DNA of 59,726 nucleotides, the filler included. It is 4 parts of 4 records of this genome, joined end to end, with 100 filler letters (N's around TTAATTAATTAA, not from the genome) between each part and the next. Parts side by side here need not be neighbours in the genome. Positions count along the whole stretch, not along the records: positions 1 to 26,631 come from SRR31156797_194; positions 26,732 to 32,757 come from SRR31156797_197; 2 more parts are not named here. One strand, written 5' to 3'. How positions within the stretch are numbered: the first letter of the stretch is position 1; every line of letters starts with the position of its first letter. The notes below the pieces were generated by a model, which was not told the origin of the DNA, ran no database searches, and was given only the letters and a program-made list of their open reading frames with translations. This document shows positions 20,386 through 30,353 of the stretch, piece after piece. The translations under genes were made by a program, and so were the position numbers.

Positions 20386-22137
20386 TCATTTCAGTTTATC
20401 CAAAAGCCATGCCTTGATATAGGTCCACAATCCGGAAGATGGGCGACCCGACACGCTTCGGGAATGGATGGTTCCTTCGAGATACATGGCCTGGGTCTTG
20501 AACCGCCTTAGCTTGCCGGAAGATGTCTTTGGAAGAGAGCGGGGTGCTACCAGCACGACCCGATCCGGTCTACAGCCGGTTGCCTCGAAAACCTCCGTCT
20601 TAATGGTAACGCTTAGACCTCCCTTATTTGCCCCCTTCGATACTTCCGCAATCAATACCATATCTTCCGTGCCACGATCCGGATTTTCAATGGCAAGGGC
20701 ACACAATCCACCGGGCCTGACACCTTCGACAGTTGAAGCAGCCTCTTCAATATCCTCTGCAAAATAGTTGCGGCCTGCTTTGATAATCATATCCTTTTTC
20801 CGGCCGGCAATATAGAGGTATCCATCGAGAATGAATCCGATATCACCGGTATAAAGCCAGCCTTTTTCCATCGTCTTTGCAGTCTCCTCAGGATTTCCGA
20901 GATACCCTTTCATTACTGAAGGGCCCCGGACCAGGACTTCACCTGTTGATCCTTCATCAAGTTGGCGCTTATCCTCGTCCACGATGGTCACGTCAACGTA
21001 TTCAATCGGTTTTCCAACGCTTACGACGGCCCTGGCGCCAATTCCAGGGGTAATGGATATTGCGCGTCCTTGAACTTTGAACTCTTTTGCATCCACGTAG
21101 GCCAGCTTCGGCGGAGAATCAAGGTCGGAAAACGACACCGCAAGTGTGTTTTCAGCGAGTCCATAAGCCGGGAAAAAGGCCTCGGGGCGAAAGCCGTAAG
21201 GCTTGAATCTTAGGGTGAATCTCTCAATGGTTGATGGAAAAATGGTCTCTCCCCCGCATAATGCAAGTCGCCAGGATGAAAGGTCGATCCCTTCCATACT
21301 GGCCGGACGTACCTTACGGGCTGCAAGGCTGTAAGCAAAATTTGGCCCCGCGGACAAGGTACCCCTGTGATCTGAAATTACCCTGAACCATCGGGACGGG
21401 TCACGCAGAAAATCTATGGGTGACATGGCGACTACAGGGACATCCCAATATAGAGTACAGATCATAAGCCCGATCAAGCCCATGTCATGGTAAAGAGGTA
21501 ACCATGAAACTGCAATGTCATCAGAATTAAATTTAAGCCAATTGCCGATGGCCCTTATATTTGATAACAGGTTTCCATGGGACAACATTACACCTTTCTG
21601 ATTTCCGGTACTTCCCGATGTGTATTGAAGCAGGGCGAGATCACTCCCGGAAACTGAGAGCATGCGATAAGAAATCCCCAACTCTATATCTTCAGGTATT
21701 ATAAATCTAAAGTCATCGCCTGTAATTTGCTGTATCGGGCGAACAAGGGGGCGAATTTGACGGCTGGTTATCATGATCCTGGCGCCGCAATTTTCCGTCA
21801 GTTTTGCCAGATTATGAAGATATTCGGTCATGCGTCCGAGCTGAATTGGCGGATATGCCGGAACGGGCACCGCTCCTGTCTTCAGGATTCCCCAGAATGA
21901 CTCGTAGAATGCCTTCTCCGTAGGAAGAACCAGTAATATACTATCCCCGGGAATTACTCCTGCTTTCGACAGGTAAGCGGCCCAGGCAGACGCACCCTCA
22001 AATAAGCCGGAAAAGGTCAGTTTACACGTTACTTTGTTTTTTGAATAAAGTGTAAGCCACACCCTGTTCCCGGAAAGGCGGACCCTTTTTTCAAGAACCT
22101 CGTTTACGGTGGCAACATTCTCCAAAGGATCTTTCAT
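20386..22137 (-). CDS. Fatty acyl-AMP ligase (FAAL)-like adenylating enzyme
   Basis: LQYTSGSTGNQKGV, SWLPLYHDMGLIG, PNFAY, PAYGLAENTL, TGDIGF, GRKKDMII and LPKTSSGK. Confidence 0.88.
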   Translation of the reverse strand: MKDPLENVATVNEVLEKRVRLSGNRVWLTLYSKNKVTCKLTFSGLFEGASAWAAYLSKAGVIPGDSILLVLPTEKAFYESFWGILKTGAVPVPAYPPIQLGRMTEYLHNLAKLTENCGARIMITSRQIRPLVRPIQQITGDDFRFIIPEDIELGISYRMLSVSGSDLALLQYTSGSTGNQKGVMLSHGNLLSNIRAIGNWLKFNSDDIAVSWLPLYHDMGLIGLMICTLYWDVPVVAMSPIDFLRDPSRWFRVISDHRGTLSAGPNFAYSLAARKVRPASMEGIDLSSWRLALCGGETIFPSTIERFTLRFKPYGFRPEAFFPAYGLAENTLAVSFSDLDSPPKLAYVDAKEFKVQGRAISITPGIGARAVVSVGKPIEYVDVTIVDEDKRQLDEGSTGEVLVRGPSVMKGYLGNPEETAKTMEKGWLYTGDIGFILDGYLYIAGRKKDMIIKAGRNYFAEDIEEAASTVEGVRPGGLCALAIENPDRGTEDMVLIAEVSKGANKGGLSVTIKTEVFEATGCRPDRVVLVAPRSLPKTSSGKLRRFKTQAMYLEGTIHSRSVSGRPSSGLWTYIKAWLLDKLK

Positions 22138-22253
22138 GGATCATCCTCCTGAATCGAAATTAATTCTTATGTCTGAACGACTGAATAAATAGGTTTCAGG
22201 AATTGAGAGGTTGTGACTCTCCTTATTTGGTATACTGCTGCACCTCTGATTGG

Positions 22254-22380
22254 GTATGGACTGGGCCGGTTTTGCCTGGTCGTCGTAGAGCACCGGTTCG
22301 ACCTGTTTGCCCAGCATGCCGCCGGCGTTGACCTGATTCACTGCCGGCTTGGCGCCCTCGGAAGAAGACTTGCCGCCACT
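22254..22380 (-). pseudogene. Remnant of a LivJ/LivK-type ABC substrate-binding protein gene
   Basis: Translates to [39 protein letters not shown], resembling the 'GaelAv.eiN.aGG.lG..ielv..Dd...P..a' N-terminal motif of Peripla_BP_6 proteins. No start codon or continuation. Confidence 0.55.
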
Positions 22381-23609
22381 TCTCCCCCTTTGACCACCAT
22401 TCGACAAGGGTTGTCCCCCAGGCGGTAGGCCAATTCGGCCGGGCCCTCGATCCTCCAGGCCGCAAAGTCGGCCTTTTTGCCCACTGCCAGGCTGCCCACC
22501 TCATCTTCAAGCCCCAGGGCCCGGGCCGCGTTCAGGGTGACCCCTGCCAGGGCCTCGGCCGGGGTAAGGCCGAAGAGCACGCAGGCCATGTTCATAATGA
22601 GCAGCGGCGAGGTGCAGGGGCTGGAGCCGGGGTTGCAATCGGTGGATACGGCCAGGGGTACCCCCGCTTTACGGAGCAGGTCCACCGGGGGTTTTTGGGT
22701 CTCGCCCAAAAAATAGAAGGCCCCTGGCAGGAGCACGGCCACGGTCTTTTGTTTTGCCAGGGCCGCCACGCCGTCGGGACCTAAGTATTCCAAGTGATCC
22801 ACACTCATGGCATTGTAACGGGAGGCCAAGACAGCCCCCTTCTGGTCGCTGAGCTGCTCCGCGTGCAGCTTCACGCCCAGTCCCAGATTAACGGCGGCGG
22901 CAAGCACCCGCTCGGTCCGGGAGGGGGTGAACCCGATGGTTTCACAAAAGACGTCCACCGCAAGGGCCAGGCCTTCCGATGCCACCGCCGGCAGCATCTC
23001 CTCCACCACCAAATCCACATAGGCGTCGGGCCGCCCCCCATACTCCGGGGGAAGGGCGTGGGCCCCCAGAAAAGTGGGGGAGACCGTCACCGGAAATTCC
23101 CTCCCCAGACGGCGGGCCACCCGCAGCATCTTCAGTTCATTGGCGGTGTCCAGGCCGTAGCCGGACTTGATTTCCACCGTGGTCACTCCCTGGGCCAGCA
23201 TGGCCCGGAGTCTGGGGACGGACTGGTTGAAAAGCGCCTCTTCACCGGCGGCCCGCACCGCCCTCACCGTACTCATAATGCCGCCGCCGGCCCGGGCGAT
23301 CTCCGCATAGGTTGCGCCCCCAAGACGCATTTCAAACTCCCGGGACCGGTTCCCCGCATGGACCAGATGGGTATGGCAATCGATGATCCCCGGGGTTACC
23401 CATAACCCGTCCAGGCGATGGACGACTTTGGCCCGCTTTTCAGCCCCCTCCGGCAAATCCGATCGGGACCCCAACCAGACGATGACGTCGTCATCCACCG
23501 CCAGGGCTGCATCCGTAACGGCCCCGTAGGGATCACCCGGGGCCATGGTTGCCAGGTGGCAATCGAGCCAAAGGGAATCCACCCCATCAAGATTTTTGTC
23601 GGTGCTCAT
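22338..23609 (-). CDS. hutI: Imidazolonepropionase
   Basis: [52 protein letters not shown] and [10 protein letters not shown]. Confidence 0.96.
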   Translation of the reverse strand: MSTDKNLDGVDSLWLDCHLATMAPGDPYGAVTDAALAVDDDVIVWLGSRSDLPEGAEKRAKVVHRLDGLWVTPGIIDCHTHLVHAGNRSREFEMRLGGATYAEIARAGGGIMSTVRAVRAAGEEALFNQSVPRLRAMLAQGVTTVEIKSGYGLDTANELKMLRVARRLGREFPVTVSPTFLGAHALPPEYGGRPDAYVDLVVEEMLPAVASEGLALAVDVFCETIGFTPSRTERVLAAAVNLGLGVKLHAEQLSDQKGAVLASRYNAMSVDHLEYLGPDGVAALAKQKTVAVLLPGAFYFLGETQKPPVDLLRKAGVPLAVSTDCNPGSSPCTSPLLIMNMACVLFGLTPAEALAGVTLNAARALGLEDEVGSLAVGKKADFAAWRIEGPAELAYRLGDNPCRMVVKGGEVAASLLPRAPSRQ

Positions 23610-25255
23610 TGTGATAATCCGTTTAAGCTAGGGTGATCCGTACAACGGTTTTTCAGAATCTGAAGAACTTCGGCGCATTTTCTATGGGCTCTTTGAATCA
23701 GGGCATCGGTCTCCCCCAGGGCCTTGGACTTGAACTTTTCATCAACAATCCCTTTAAGGTTGATGAGCACGTTTTGAGCGGCCCCCCATATGCCGGATTC
23801 CAGGGAACGGGCGCCCACCTGAATGTCGGACTTTGAGGCGATGTTGCCGTAACGGGCGACCTCGCACATGGCTCCCCAGGCCCGGTCCCCCAGGCGCATG
23901 GTCAGCATGGGAACCTCCACCGCGCGCTTAAGGCCCTCTTGCATCCCGGCCTTCCGGGCGGTTTTCTCTTCCGGGCTTTTCCGGGGGAGGCGCAACGCTT
24001 CCATGTAGTCGTTAAAGGCCTTGGCGTCCGCATCGATCATGGGTATGGCTGTCCTGCTCACCTCATCAAGTATGGGGATGATCTTTCGCATTCTCGCGTC
24101 CAGGTCTTCAAACTTGCGCACTCCGAAGGTGAGATGGGCCCCCATGGCCCCCAGGCCGGCGCCCATGGCCACCAGCAGGGCCGAGACCGAGCCGCCTCCG
24201 GGAGCGGAAGACCGCGAGGCCACCTCCTCCACAAAACCCCGTACACTCAGACCGGCCAGGGGTTCATGGGGCTCTCCGCCCACAACATATTCGATGATCC
24301 TTTTCCGGGGATGGAACGTTGCCACCGAGTTCAGGCCCAGACGTTCGACGGCCAAGCGGACCTTTTGATCTTCATGGAGGATAAATAGGTTTTCTTTGTG
24401 GATGTAATACTCCGCGGCCATGAGGAGGGATTCCAGGGGGACCAGGCCCACGATCTCCGATCCGGCCACCCCCACATTGAGTGCGGCTGCTTCTTTTTTT
24501 ACCGCTTCGTACAACACATGGATGGGGGTGACCCGGTAGTCGGTAAGGTTCACGGTTACCTGAGCCAGGTTGTATTCGTCCACAAACCAGCCCATGCCCT
24601 TCACCTCTTTGAGCCGGCCCGGCCGGTCCGGTCCCCGTCCTCCCTCCCGCAGGTCCAGGGCAATGCGGTGGGCCTGGTTGGATGTGCCCAGGATGTTGAC
24701 GTTGTAGGCGATGAGGAAGTTGCGCGCGCCCACGGCGGTGGCGCCCCAGGAGGGTACAAACTCAGCCGGCCCGAAGTCGGGCTTCCACTGGGGATCCGTG
24801 AGACGTTCCGGCAGGGCTTCGTATCCGCCCCGGCGCAGGTCGGAGAGCTTGCGGCGGCCGCCCTCGGCTGCCGCTTCGTAAAGGAAGATGGGTATTCCCA
24901 GTTGGGATGCCGCCCTCCGCCCGAACGTTTTGGCGATCTCAACGCAATCATCCATGGTCACTCCCGAGACCGGGATGAAGGGACAGACATCCATGGCCCC
25001 GAACCGGGGGTGTTCTCCCCGGTGCCCGCGCATGTCTATGCGCTCACGGGCCACCCGGGCCGCGGCCAGGGCCCCCTCCACCACCGAGACCGGGTCGCCC
25101 ACAAAGGTGAACACGGTGCGGTTGGTGGAAGCGCCCGGGTCCACGTCCAACAGGGTGCACCCCTTTACTCCTTCTATGGCCCGGGCAAGGGCGTCTATGG
25201 TCTTTTGGTCCCGGCCCTCGGAAAAATTGGGGACGCATTCCACGATTTTCCGCAT
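23606..25255 (-). CDS. ftcd: Bifunctional glutamate formiminotransferase / formiminotetrahydrofolate cyclodeaminase
   Basis: [24 protein letters not shown] and [12 protein letters not shown] (FT domain); [10 protein letters not shown] (cyclodeaminase domain); located in the hut operon. Confidence 0.95.
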   Translation of the reverse strand: MRKIVECVPNFSEGRDQKTIDALARAIEGVKGCTLLDVDPGASTNRTVFTFVGDPVSVVEGALAAARVARERIDMRGHRGEHPRFGAMDVCPFIPVSGVTMDDCVEIAKTFGRRAASQLGIPIFLYEAAAEGGRRKLSDLRRGGYEALPERLTDPQWKPDFGPAEFVPSWGATAVGARNFLIAYNVNILGTSNQAHRIALDLREGGRGPDRPGRLKEVKGMGWFVDEYNLAQVTVNLTDYRVTPIHVLYEAVKKEAAALNVGVAGSEIVGLVPLESLLMAAEYYIHKENLFILHEDQKVRLAVERLGLNSVATFHPRKRIIEYVVGGEPHEPLAGLSVRGFVEEVASRSSAPGGGSVSALLVAMGAGLGAMGAHLTFGVRKFEDLDARMRKIIPILDEVSRTAIPMIDADAKAFNDYMEALRLPRKSPEEKTARKAGMQEGLKRAVEVPMLTMRLGDRAWGAMCEVARYGNIASKSDIQVGARSLESGIWGAAQNVLINLKGIVDEKFKSKALGETDALIQRAHRKCAEVLQILKNRCTDHPSLNGLSQ

Positions 25256-25328
25256 GATTGCCTCACATCCTGTTTCATAAAGACATGCAGTTCAATGAAG
25301 ATATGGCGTCTTGCCGGGTCATATTCCA

Positions 25329-26630
25329 TTAAGTCTCATCCATCATGGGGATCTTCACGTTCCGCTCTTGGGCCACCTCCGCCGCGCGGGAGTAGCCCGC
25401 GTCGCAGTGGCGCATGATCCCCAGGGCGGGATCGTTGCGGAGTACGGCGGCGACCCGGGAGGCACTCTCCGGGGTTCCGTCGGCCACCGTGACCTGGCCC
25501 GCATGCATGGCATACCCTATTCCCACGCCGCCGCCGTCATGGAAGCTGCTCCAGGCGCTGCCCGAAGCCACCGAGGCCATCACATTGAGCAGGGCCCAGT
25601 CGGCCACCGCATCGGAGCCGTCTTTCATATCCTCGGTCTCCCGGTAGGGGCTGGCCACCGAGCCGCAGTCCAGATGGTCCCGGCCGATGACCACGGGCGC
25701 CTTTACCCGGCCCGAAGCCACCAGGTCGTTGAAGAGCTTTCCCGCCTTTTCCCTTTCGCCGTATCCCAGCCAGCAGATACGGGCGGGCAGACCCATGTGG
25801 GCCACCTTCTCGGACGCCATTTTCAGCCAGGCGGCCATCCGCTTCTTGTGGGGGAATAGTTTTAGAAGTTCCTCATCAATCACTTCTATGTCCCGAGGGT
25901 CGCCGGAAAGGGCCGCCCAGCGGAATGGGCCTTCTCCCTCGCAAAACAGAGGGCGGATGTACGCAGGCACGAAACCGGGATAGTCCATGGCATTGTCCAC
26001 CGAACGCCGCATGGCCTGGCGGCGCAGATTATTGCCGTAGTCAAAAACCACGGCGCCTTTTTTCTGCAAATCCAACATGGCCCGGCAGTGAACCGCCATG
26101 GAATCCAGGGCCATGCTCATGTACCGGTGGGGATCGCTTTTCCGCAGATCCAGGGCCCGGGCATAATCGATTCCGTGGGGGACGTATCCTTCAAGTTCAT
26201 CATGGGCGCTGGTCTGATCGGTCACCACATCGGGGAGGAAATCCTCCCGGGCCCCTATGGCCGGGATCAGGTCCGCGCAGTTGCCCAAGAGGCCGATGGA
26301 CATGGGCTTTTTGGCCTCTTTAGCCTTCCGGGCCAGACGGATGGCCTCATCAAGATCCGAGGCCATTGTATCCAGGTACCCGGTTTGAAGACGGCGCCGG
26401 ATGCGGCCGGAATCCACTTCCACGCACAGGGCCACCCCCCCGGCCATGGTCACCGCCATGGGCTGGGCCCCGCCCATGCCGCCCAAGCCGCCGGTAAGGA
26501 CTATTTTTCCGCCCAGGTCCGCGCCATAGTGCTTTTCGCCCAGGGCGGCAAAGGTTTCATAGGTTCCCTGGAGAATGCCTTGGGTGCCGATGTATATCCA
26601 TGAACCGGCCGTCATCTGGCCGTACATCAT
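25329..26630 (-). CDS. hutU: Urocanate hydratase, 5' part missing (contig end)
   Basis: MYGQMTAGSWIYIGTQGILQGT, GLGGMGGAQP, DQTSAHD, GLPARICW and IGRDHLDCGSVASPYRETE. Confidence 0.97.
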   Translation of the reverse strand: MMYGQMTAGSWIYIGTQGILQGTYETFAALGEKHYGADLGGKIVLTGGLGGMGGAQPMAVTMAGGVALCVEVDSGRIRRRLQTGYLDTMASDLDEAIRLARKAKEAKKPMSIGLLGNCADLIPAIGAREDFLPDVVTDQTSAHDELEGYVPHGIDYARALDLRKSDPHRYMSMALDSMAVHCRAMLDLQKKGAVVFDYGNNLRRQAMRRSVDNAMDYPGFVPAYIRPLFCEGEGPFRWAALSGDPRDIEVIDEELLKLFPHKKRMAAWLKMASEKVAHMGLPARICWLGYGEREKAGKLFNDLVASGRVKAPVVIGRDHLDCGSVASPYRETEDMKDGSDAVADWALLNVMASVASGSAWSSFHDGGGVGIGYAMHAGQVTVADGTPESASRVAAVLRNDPALGIMRHCDAGYSRAAEVAQERNVKIPMMDET

Positions 26631-26631
26631 C

Positions 26632-26731
26632 NNNNNNNNNNNNNNNNNNNNNNNNNNNNNNNNNNNNNNNNNNNNTTAATTAATTAANNNNNNNNNNNNN
26701 NNNNNNNNNNNNNNNNNNNNNNNNNNNNNNN
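26632..26731. other. Artificial contig spacer (N44-TTAATTAATTAA-N44)
   Basis: N runs around a 12-mer with stops in all frames; abrupt compositional change on either side. Confidence 0.98.
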
Positions 26732-27321
26732 TCATTAAACGATTGAAAGTTCCATGTTTGTGATACCGGACGAACCACATTTGCAATTTGCTGTTTCAGA
26801 TTTCCCTTTTCGAATTCAACCGGTTTTAAGCTGTAAACTCCTTTCTTTTCTTTTTCATTGGTAGGTGCTAAACCAAACTTCTGTTCCAGTTCCCGACAAA
26901 TACGCATGGATAAACGGTGCTGAAAATTGTCCCGTATCATTTTACCTGTTTCATCAATTTTTACAGAAACAATATGCAAATGGTGTCGGTCAATGTCTTC
27001 ATGCTTGAACACTATGTAGGGTTGATTTCCATAGCCGAGTTTTTCCATGTATTGTTCAGCCATCTGAGAGAACTGTTCATCGTTTAGCTTATCCCTTGGA
27101 TCGGGATTTAACGAAATATGAATAACCGGATTTTCAGTTCGTTTATTGGCACTTAAATAAGGCTCAAAAGAACTCGTGCATAAACCAATTGAATACTTTC
27201 CATCAAAAGGTTCAACCATTTTATTGACCATTAAAACAGAAGCAGCATCCTTTTTTAGCTTATCTTGATTGTATGCCAATGCACTGTAAATCGAACTTCC
27301 TGAACTTATTTTTGCAACCAT
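26732..27321 (-). CDS. mobB: Relaxase MobB, 3' truncated at contig end
   Basis: MVAKISSGSSIYSALAYNQ (Tyr motif), HISLNPDP and VFKHEDIDRHHLHIVS (HUH motif). Confidence 0.92.
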
Positions 27322-27737
27322 CTTTCCTCAAATTCTTTGGTTAAATCCAGTATCTTTTGGTTTATAGCTACCAATTGAAATGTCGCTTTCTGTAATTGCG
27401 CAATAAAAGCCAGTGCCTTTTTCTCCGCAAAATTGTTTTTTATTGCTTTGGTAACCTGATTGTAGTTCACTCCAATCGCCCTGAATTGCGAATAAAATGA
27501 GGTCAGACGCATATAATAATCCATCGATCCCTTATCTATTTTTACCACTTTAACGGGTTTGTCAAATATACAGGCAGTAATAAAATGCGCTTTAATTTCC
27601 ATTCCCGACGCCTCAAAAAGAGTAAGGAAACGTGCATTGTCAACATCATTTAAGCTAATTGCATAACGATGTATACACGGATCTTTTTTCGGTTTCCGGC
27701 CTCCTTTGTGTTTGTTCTTTCTGCTTTCTGTTTTCAT
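27306..27737 (-). CDS. mobA: Conjugal transfer protein MobA (relaxosome accessory)
   Basis: KGGRKPKKDP...RFLTLFEASG...YYMRLTSFYSQFRAIGVNYNQV; overlaps the mobB start. Confidence 0.88.
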   Translation of the reverse strand: MKTESRKNKHKGGRKPKKDPCIHRYAISLNDVDNARFLTLFEASGMEIKAHFITACIFDKPVKVVKIDKGSMDYYMRLTSFYSQFRAIGVNYNQVTKAIKNNFAEKKALAFIAQLQKATFQLVAINQKILDLTKEFEERWLQK

Positions 27738-27780
27738 TGTTTTTATAGCATTAGACCACATCAAAAAATTTAGCAAAAAT

Positions 27781-27890
27781 CACACGACTTCGGAGTGATG
27801 ATTTTCCCCAACGGGGCAAGTGGTTTCGGGTAACCCGGAACGTTTTGAGTTACTCAAAACACAACTTGCCGTGTGCCAGTGCACACCTTG
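27781..27890. other. Putative oriT region
   Basis: Clustered inverted repeats upstream of mobA (TTCGGGTAACCCGGA; GTTTTGAGT-T-ACTCAAAAC at 27842-27860) followed by ACAACTTGCC, resembling MOBP-type nic sites. Confidence 0.55.
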
Positions 27891-28417
27891 TAGCGTTACG
27901 ATATAAATTATTGGACATAGCCGTTTTGTATTCATGTTTTTATTCTTAAAAAATTGTTGGGAACAAAGGTAGAATGGGGTTTTTGAATTCTAATTATACG
28001 CAAATGAGCCAAATAAAGACAGTAAAGGACAAGTACTTCCAACGGTTTAAAAAGTGAAGTTTTGATAGCTTTTTATTTGTTCATTTGACTCGGTACATGC
28101 AGAATTATTTAATGATTGGTATAACGATTAAAAGAATTATAAGAACGAACAAAACAGGATTTAAACAAGGAGCAAATGAAATATTGAGGAACCGATTTAT
28201 GGACAATCTTCAATAATTAGGAAAAACGATAATTAAGCAGTTAAGTGATGTGATACTTCAACGCTGAAACGTTGCAACGCTTCATTAATTAAACGTTTCA
28301 ACACAAACTGATTTATACAACCAGTTAATCGTTTATTGATTCAGCCATTTTCCTATTTGAATGAATATCGAACTAAGTAAATACTGAAATAGAAGATTAA
28401 CCTATAAAATAAAGATC

Positions 28418-29179
28418 ATGGAAAAAGAAACATTATTTATTGCATTCAGCACACAAAAAGGAGGTGTTGGGAAAACAGCTTTTACTGTTTTAATGTCGAG
28501 TTATCTGCACTATGTAAAAGGTTTGGAAATTGGAGTTGTGGATTGCGATTATCCGCAGCACAGTATTGCCGAAATGCGCCGGCGCGATATGGAACAGGTG
28601 ATGAAAGACAGTTTTTATAAGCAAATGGCTTACAAGCAATTTACCACACAGAAGCGAAAGGCATACCCGGTTGAAAAAAGTATGCCTGAGGATGCCATTG
28701 ATGTAGCAGAAAATCTGATCGATGCTGCAACGACTCAACCCGATATAATATTTTTCGATCTTCCCGGAACTTTAAATAGTAGAGGTGTGGTTAAAACGCT
28801 GGGCGGAATGGATTATATCTTTTCGCCGGTAAGTGCCGACCGAGTGGTAATGGAAAGCACTTTAAAATATGCTACGATGTTAAATGAAAATCTGATAAGT
28901 GTTGGCAAAAGTGATATCAAAGGATTGTACCTTATCTGGAATATGGTGGATGGCCGGGAGAAAAACGAACTCTACGATGTATATGAAAATGTAATCGGCG
29001 AGTTGGGCTTAAATATTCTGAAAACTTTTGTGCCTGACTCAAAACGTTTTCGACGGGAACTCACTTCCGTTCATAAGCCGGTATTTCGCTCAACACTTTT
29101 TCCGGCCCACAACAGCCTTTTAAAAGGAAGTAACCTGATTGCGCTGGCTGATGAAATCCTAAAAACCATAAAACTGTAA
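28418..29179 (+). CDS. ParA-family ATPase (CTn TraA-like)
   Basis: STQKGGVGKT deviant Walker A, VVDCDYPQHS and FFDLPGT. Confidence 0.92.
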   Translation: MEKETLFIAFSTQKGGVGKTAFTVLMSSYLHYVKGLEIGVVDCDYPQHSIAEMRRRDMEQVMKDSFYKQMAYKQFTTQKRKAYPVEKSMPEDAIDVAENLIDAATTQPDIIFFDLPGTLNSRGVVKTLGGMDYIFSPVSADRVVMESTLKYATMLNENLISVGKSDIKGLYLIWNMVDGREKNELYDVYENVIGELGLNILKTFVPDSKRFRRELTSVHKPVFRSTLFPAHNSLLKGSNLIALADEILKTIKL

Positions 29180-29184
29180 AAGAC

Positions 29185-29550
29185 ATGGCACGAAAGAAAT
29201 ACAATCCAGACGAGATAGATGAAGAATTTATCATCTCAACGATTCAGAATGAAAAACCGGATTCTGAGAAGCCCAGGGAGCAAAAAGCTAAACCTACAGC
29301 AAAAAAGAAGAAGACCAATCAAGCTTATGATGAACTCTTCCTTTCAGATTCCAAAACGAAAGCACGTTTTGGGAAGAATGTTCCCATTCGACAAGAATAC
29401 CATAAACGGATTCAGCAGATTATTCGCGTGATTGGTAAGGACGAAATTTCGATTTATAACTATATAGATAATGTGTTGACACATCATTTTGACGAATTTC
29501 AGACGGAAATTGTCAAGCAATATAACGAAAACAATGAAGGCATTTTTTAA
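29185..29550 (+). CDS. DUF3408-family protein (CTn TraB-like)
   Basis: ARFGKNVPIRQEYHKRIQQII...SIYNYIDNVLTHHF; follows traA. Confidence 0.85.
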   Translation: MARKKYNPDEIDEEFIISTIQNEKPDSEKPREQKAKPTAKKKKTNQAYDELFLSDSKTKARFGKNVPIRQEYHKRIQQIIRVIGKDEISIYNYIDNVLTHHFDEFQTEIVKQYNENNEGIF

Positions 29551-29565
29551 CCCAAACCGGAAGTT

Positions 29566-30117
29566 ATGATTGAATTTGTTGTAACAGTAGGCTTAATCAT
29601 CCTGCTACGTATTTTCTTTAAGGATTGGAGGCGTTCTTCGGCTACAGTTGCCAATGAAGAAAGAAAAAGCGATTTATCAGATGATAGCGAAATTATTGGA
29701 AGAAGCACCTTCGTTTTGAATACGGAGAGAATAAGTCAATCCTCTTCAAATTCCACAGGTAAGCTGGATGTTGAAGTCGCTCTGGATTATGAGGATGTTG
29801 AGCTCGATGAAGAATTGGAGGAGCTTGGTATTGCCAACGGAACTTCGGTTGATCTGACTTTTGAAGAAATGATGGAGGTGGTTACCGAGGTTGAAAATGA
29901 GCAATCGGAAAAGCCATCTCAAACAGGGAAGTTACTTTATGAAAATGAAAATACCGATTGGGTAGAGCAAATGGCATCAACTTCCGAAAGCTACCAAAAA
30001 CGGATTTCGGATTTAATTGAGATACATTTGGGAAGCCTGGAGCAAACCCAGGTTTCTGTTCTGGATGATGGGGGTGATGTGTTTGATATTAGGAAGTATC
30101 TTAGTAAAACACCATAA
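29566..30117 (+). CDS. Acidic single-TM protein (DUF4122-like CTn accessory)
   Basis: N-terminal TM, IIGRSTF, acidic middle and C-terminal FDIRKYL; position after DUF3408. Confidence 0.6.
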   Translation: MIEFVVTVGLIILLRIFFKDWRRSSATVANEERKSDLSDDSEIIGRSTFVLNTERISQSSSNSTGKLDVEVALDYEDVELDEELEELGIANGTSVDLTFEEMMEVVTEVENEQSEKPSQTGKLLYENENTDWVEQMASTSESYQKRISDLIEIHLGSLEQTQVSVLDDGGDVFDIRKYLSKTP

Positions 30118-30153
30118 TTAAATACTGTTCAATGTGGATAAATTGCGTTGTTT

Positions 30154-30345
30154 TTAAAACAGCAATGTTTGTTTATCAATCTCATTCTGGATCTTGTCCG
30201 TAATTGATTTATAAAATGCAGAACAACAATAGTTACCTATAACTATAACACCGTTAGCAACCTGAAACGACGCAGTTTTGTTGTGTTCAGGACATTTCTC
30301 GGATTTAACTCGATCGATTACTTTGTTTAAAAAATTCTTATTCAT
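30154..30345 (-). CDS. Small protein with CxxH...CC putative Zn site; last gene of the defence cassette
   Basis: 63 aa with CPEH and YCC; ATG 8 nt after the E2 stop. Confidence 0.65.
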   Translation of the reverse strand: MNKNFLNKVIDRVKSEKCPEHNKTASFQVANGVIVIGNYCCSAFYKSITDKIQNEIDKQTLLF

Positions 30346-30353
30346 AACATTAA

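Noticed and set aside
22141-22407. 88-aa ORF as a real gene
   Set aside because: It is a chimera of hutI-overlapping sequence, a binding-protein remnant and AT-rich spacer; treated as a pseudogene scar.
28240-28330. Short AACG/AAACG repeats upstream of parA/traA as iterons or parS
   Set aside because: Too short and irregular to define a repeat unit by eye.
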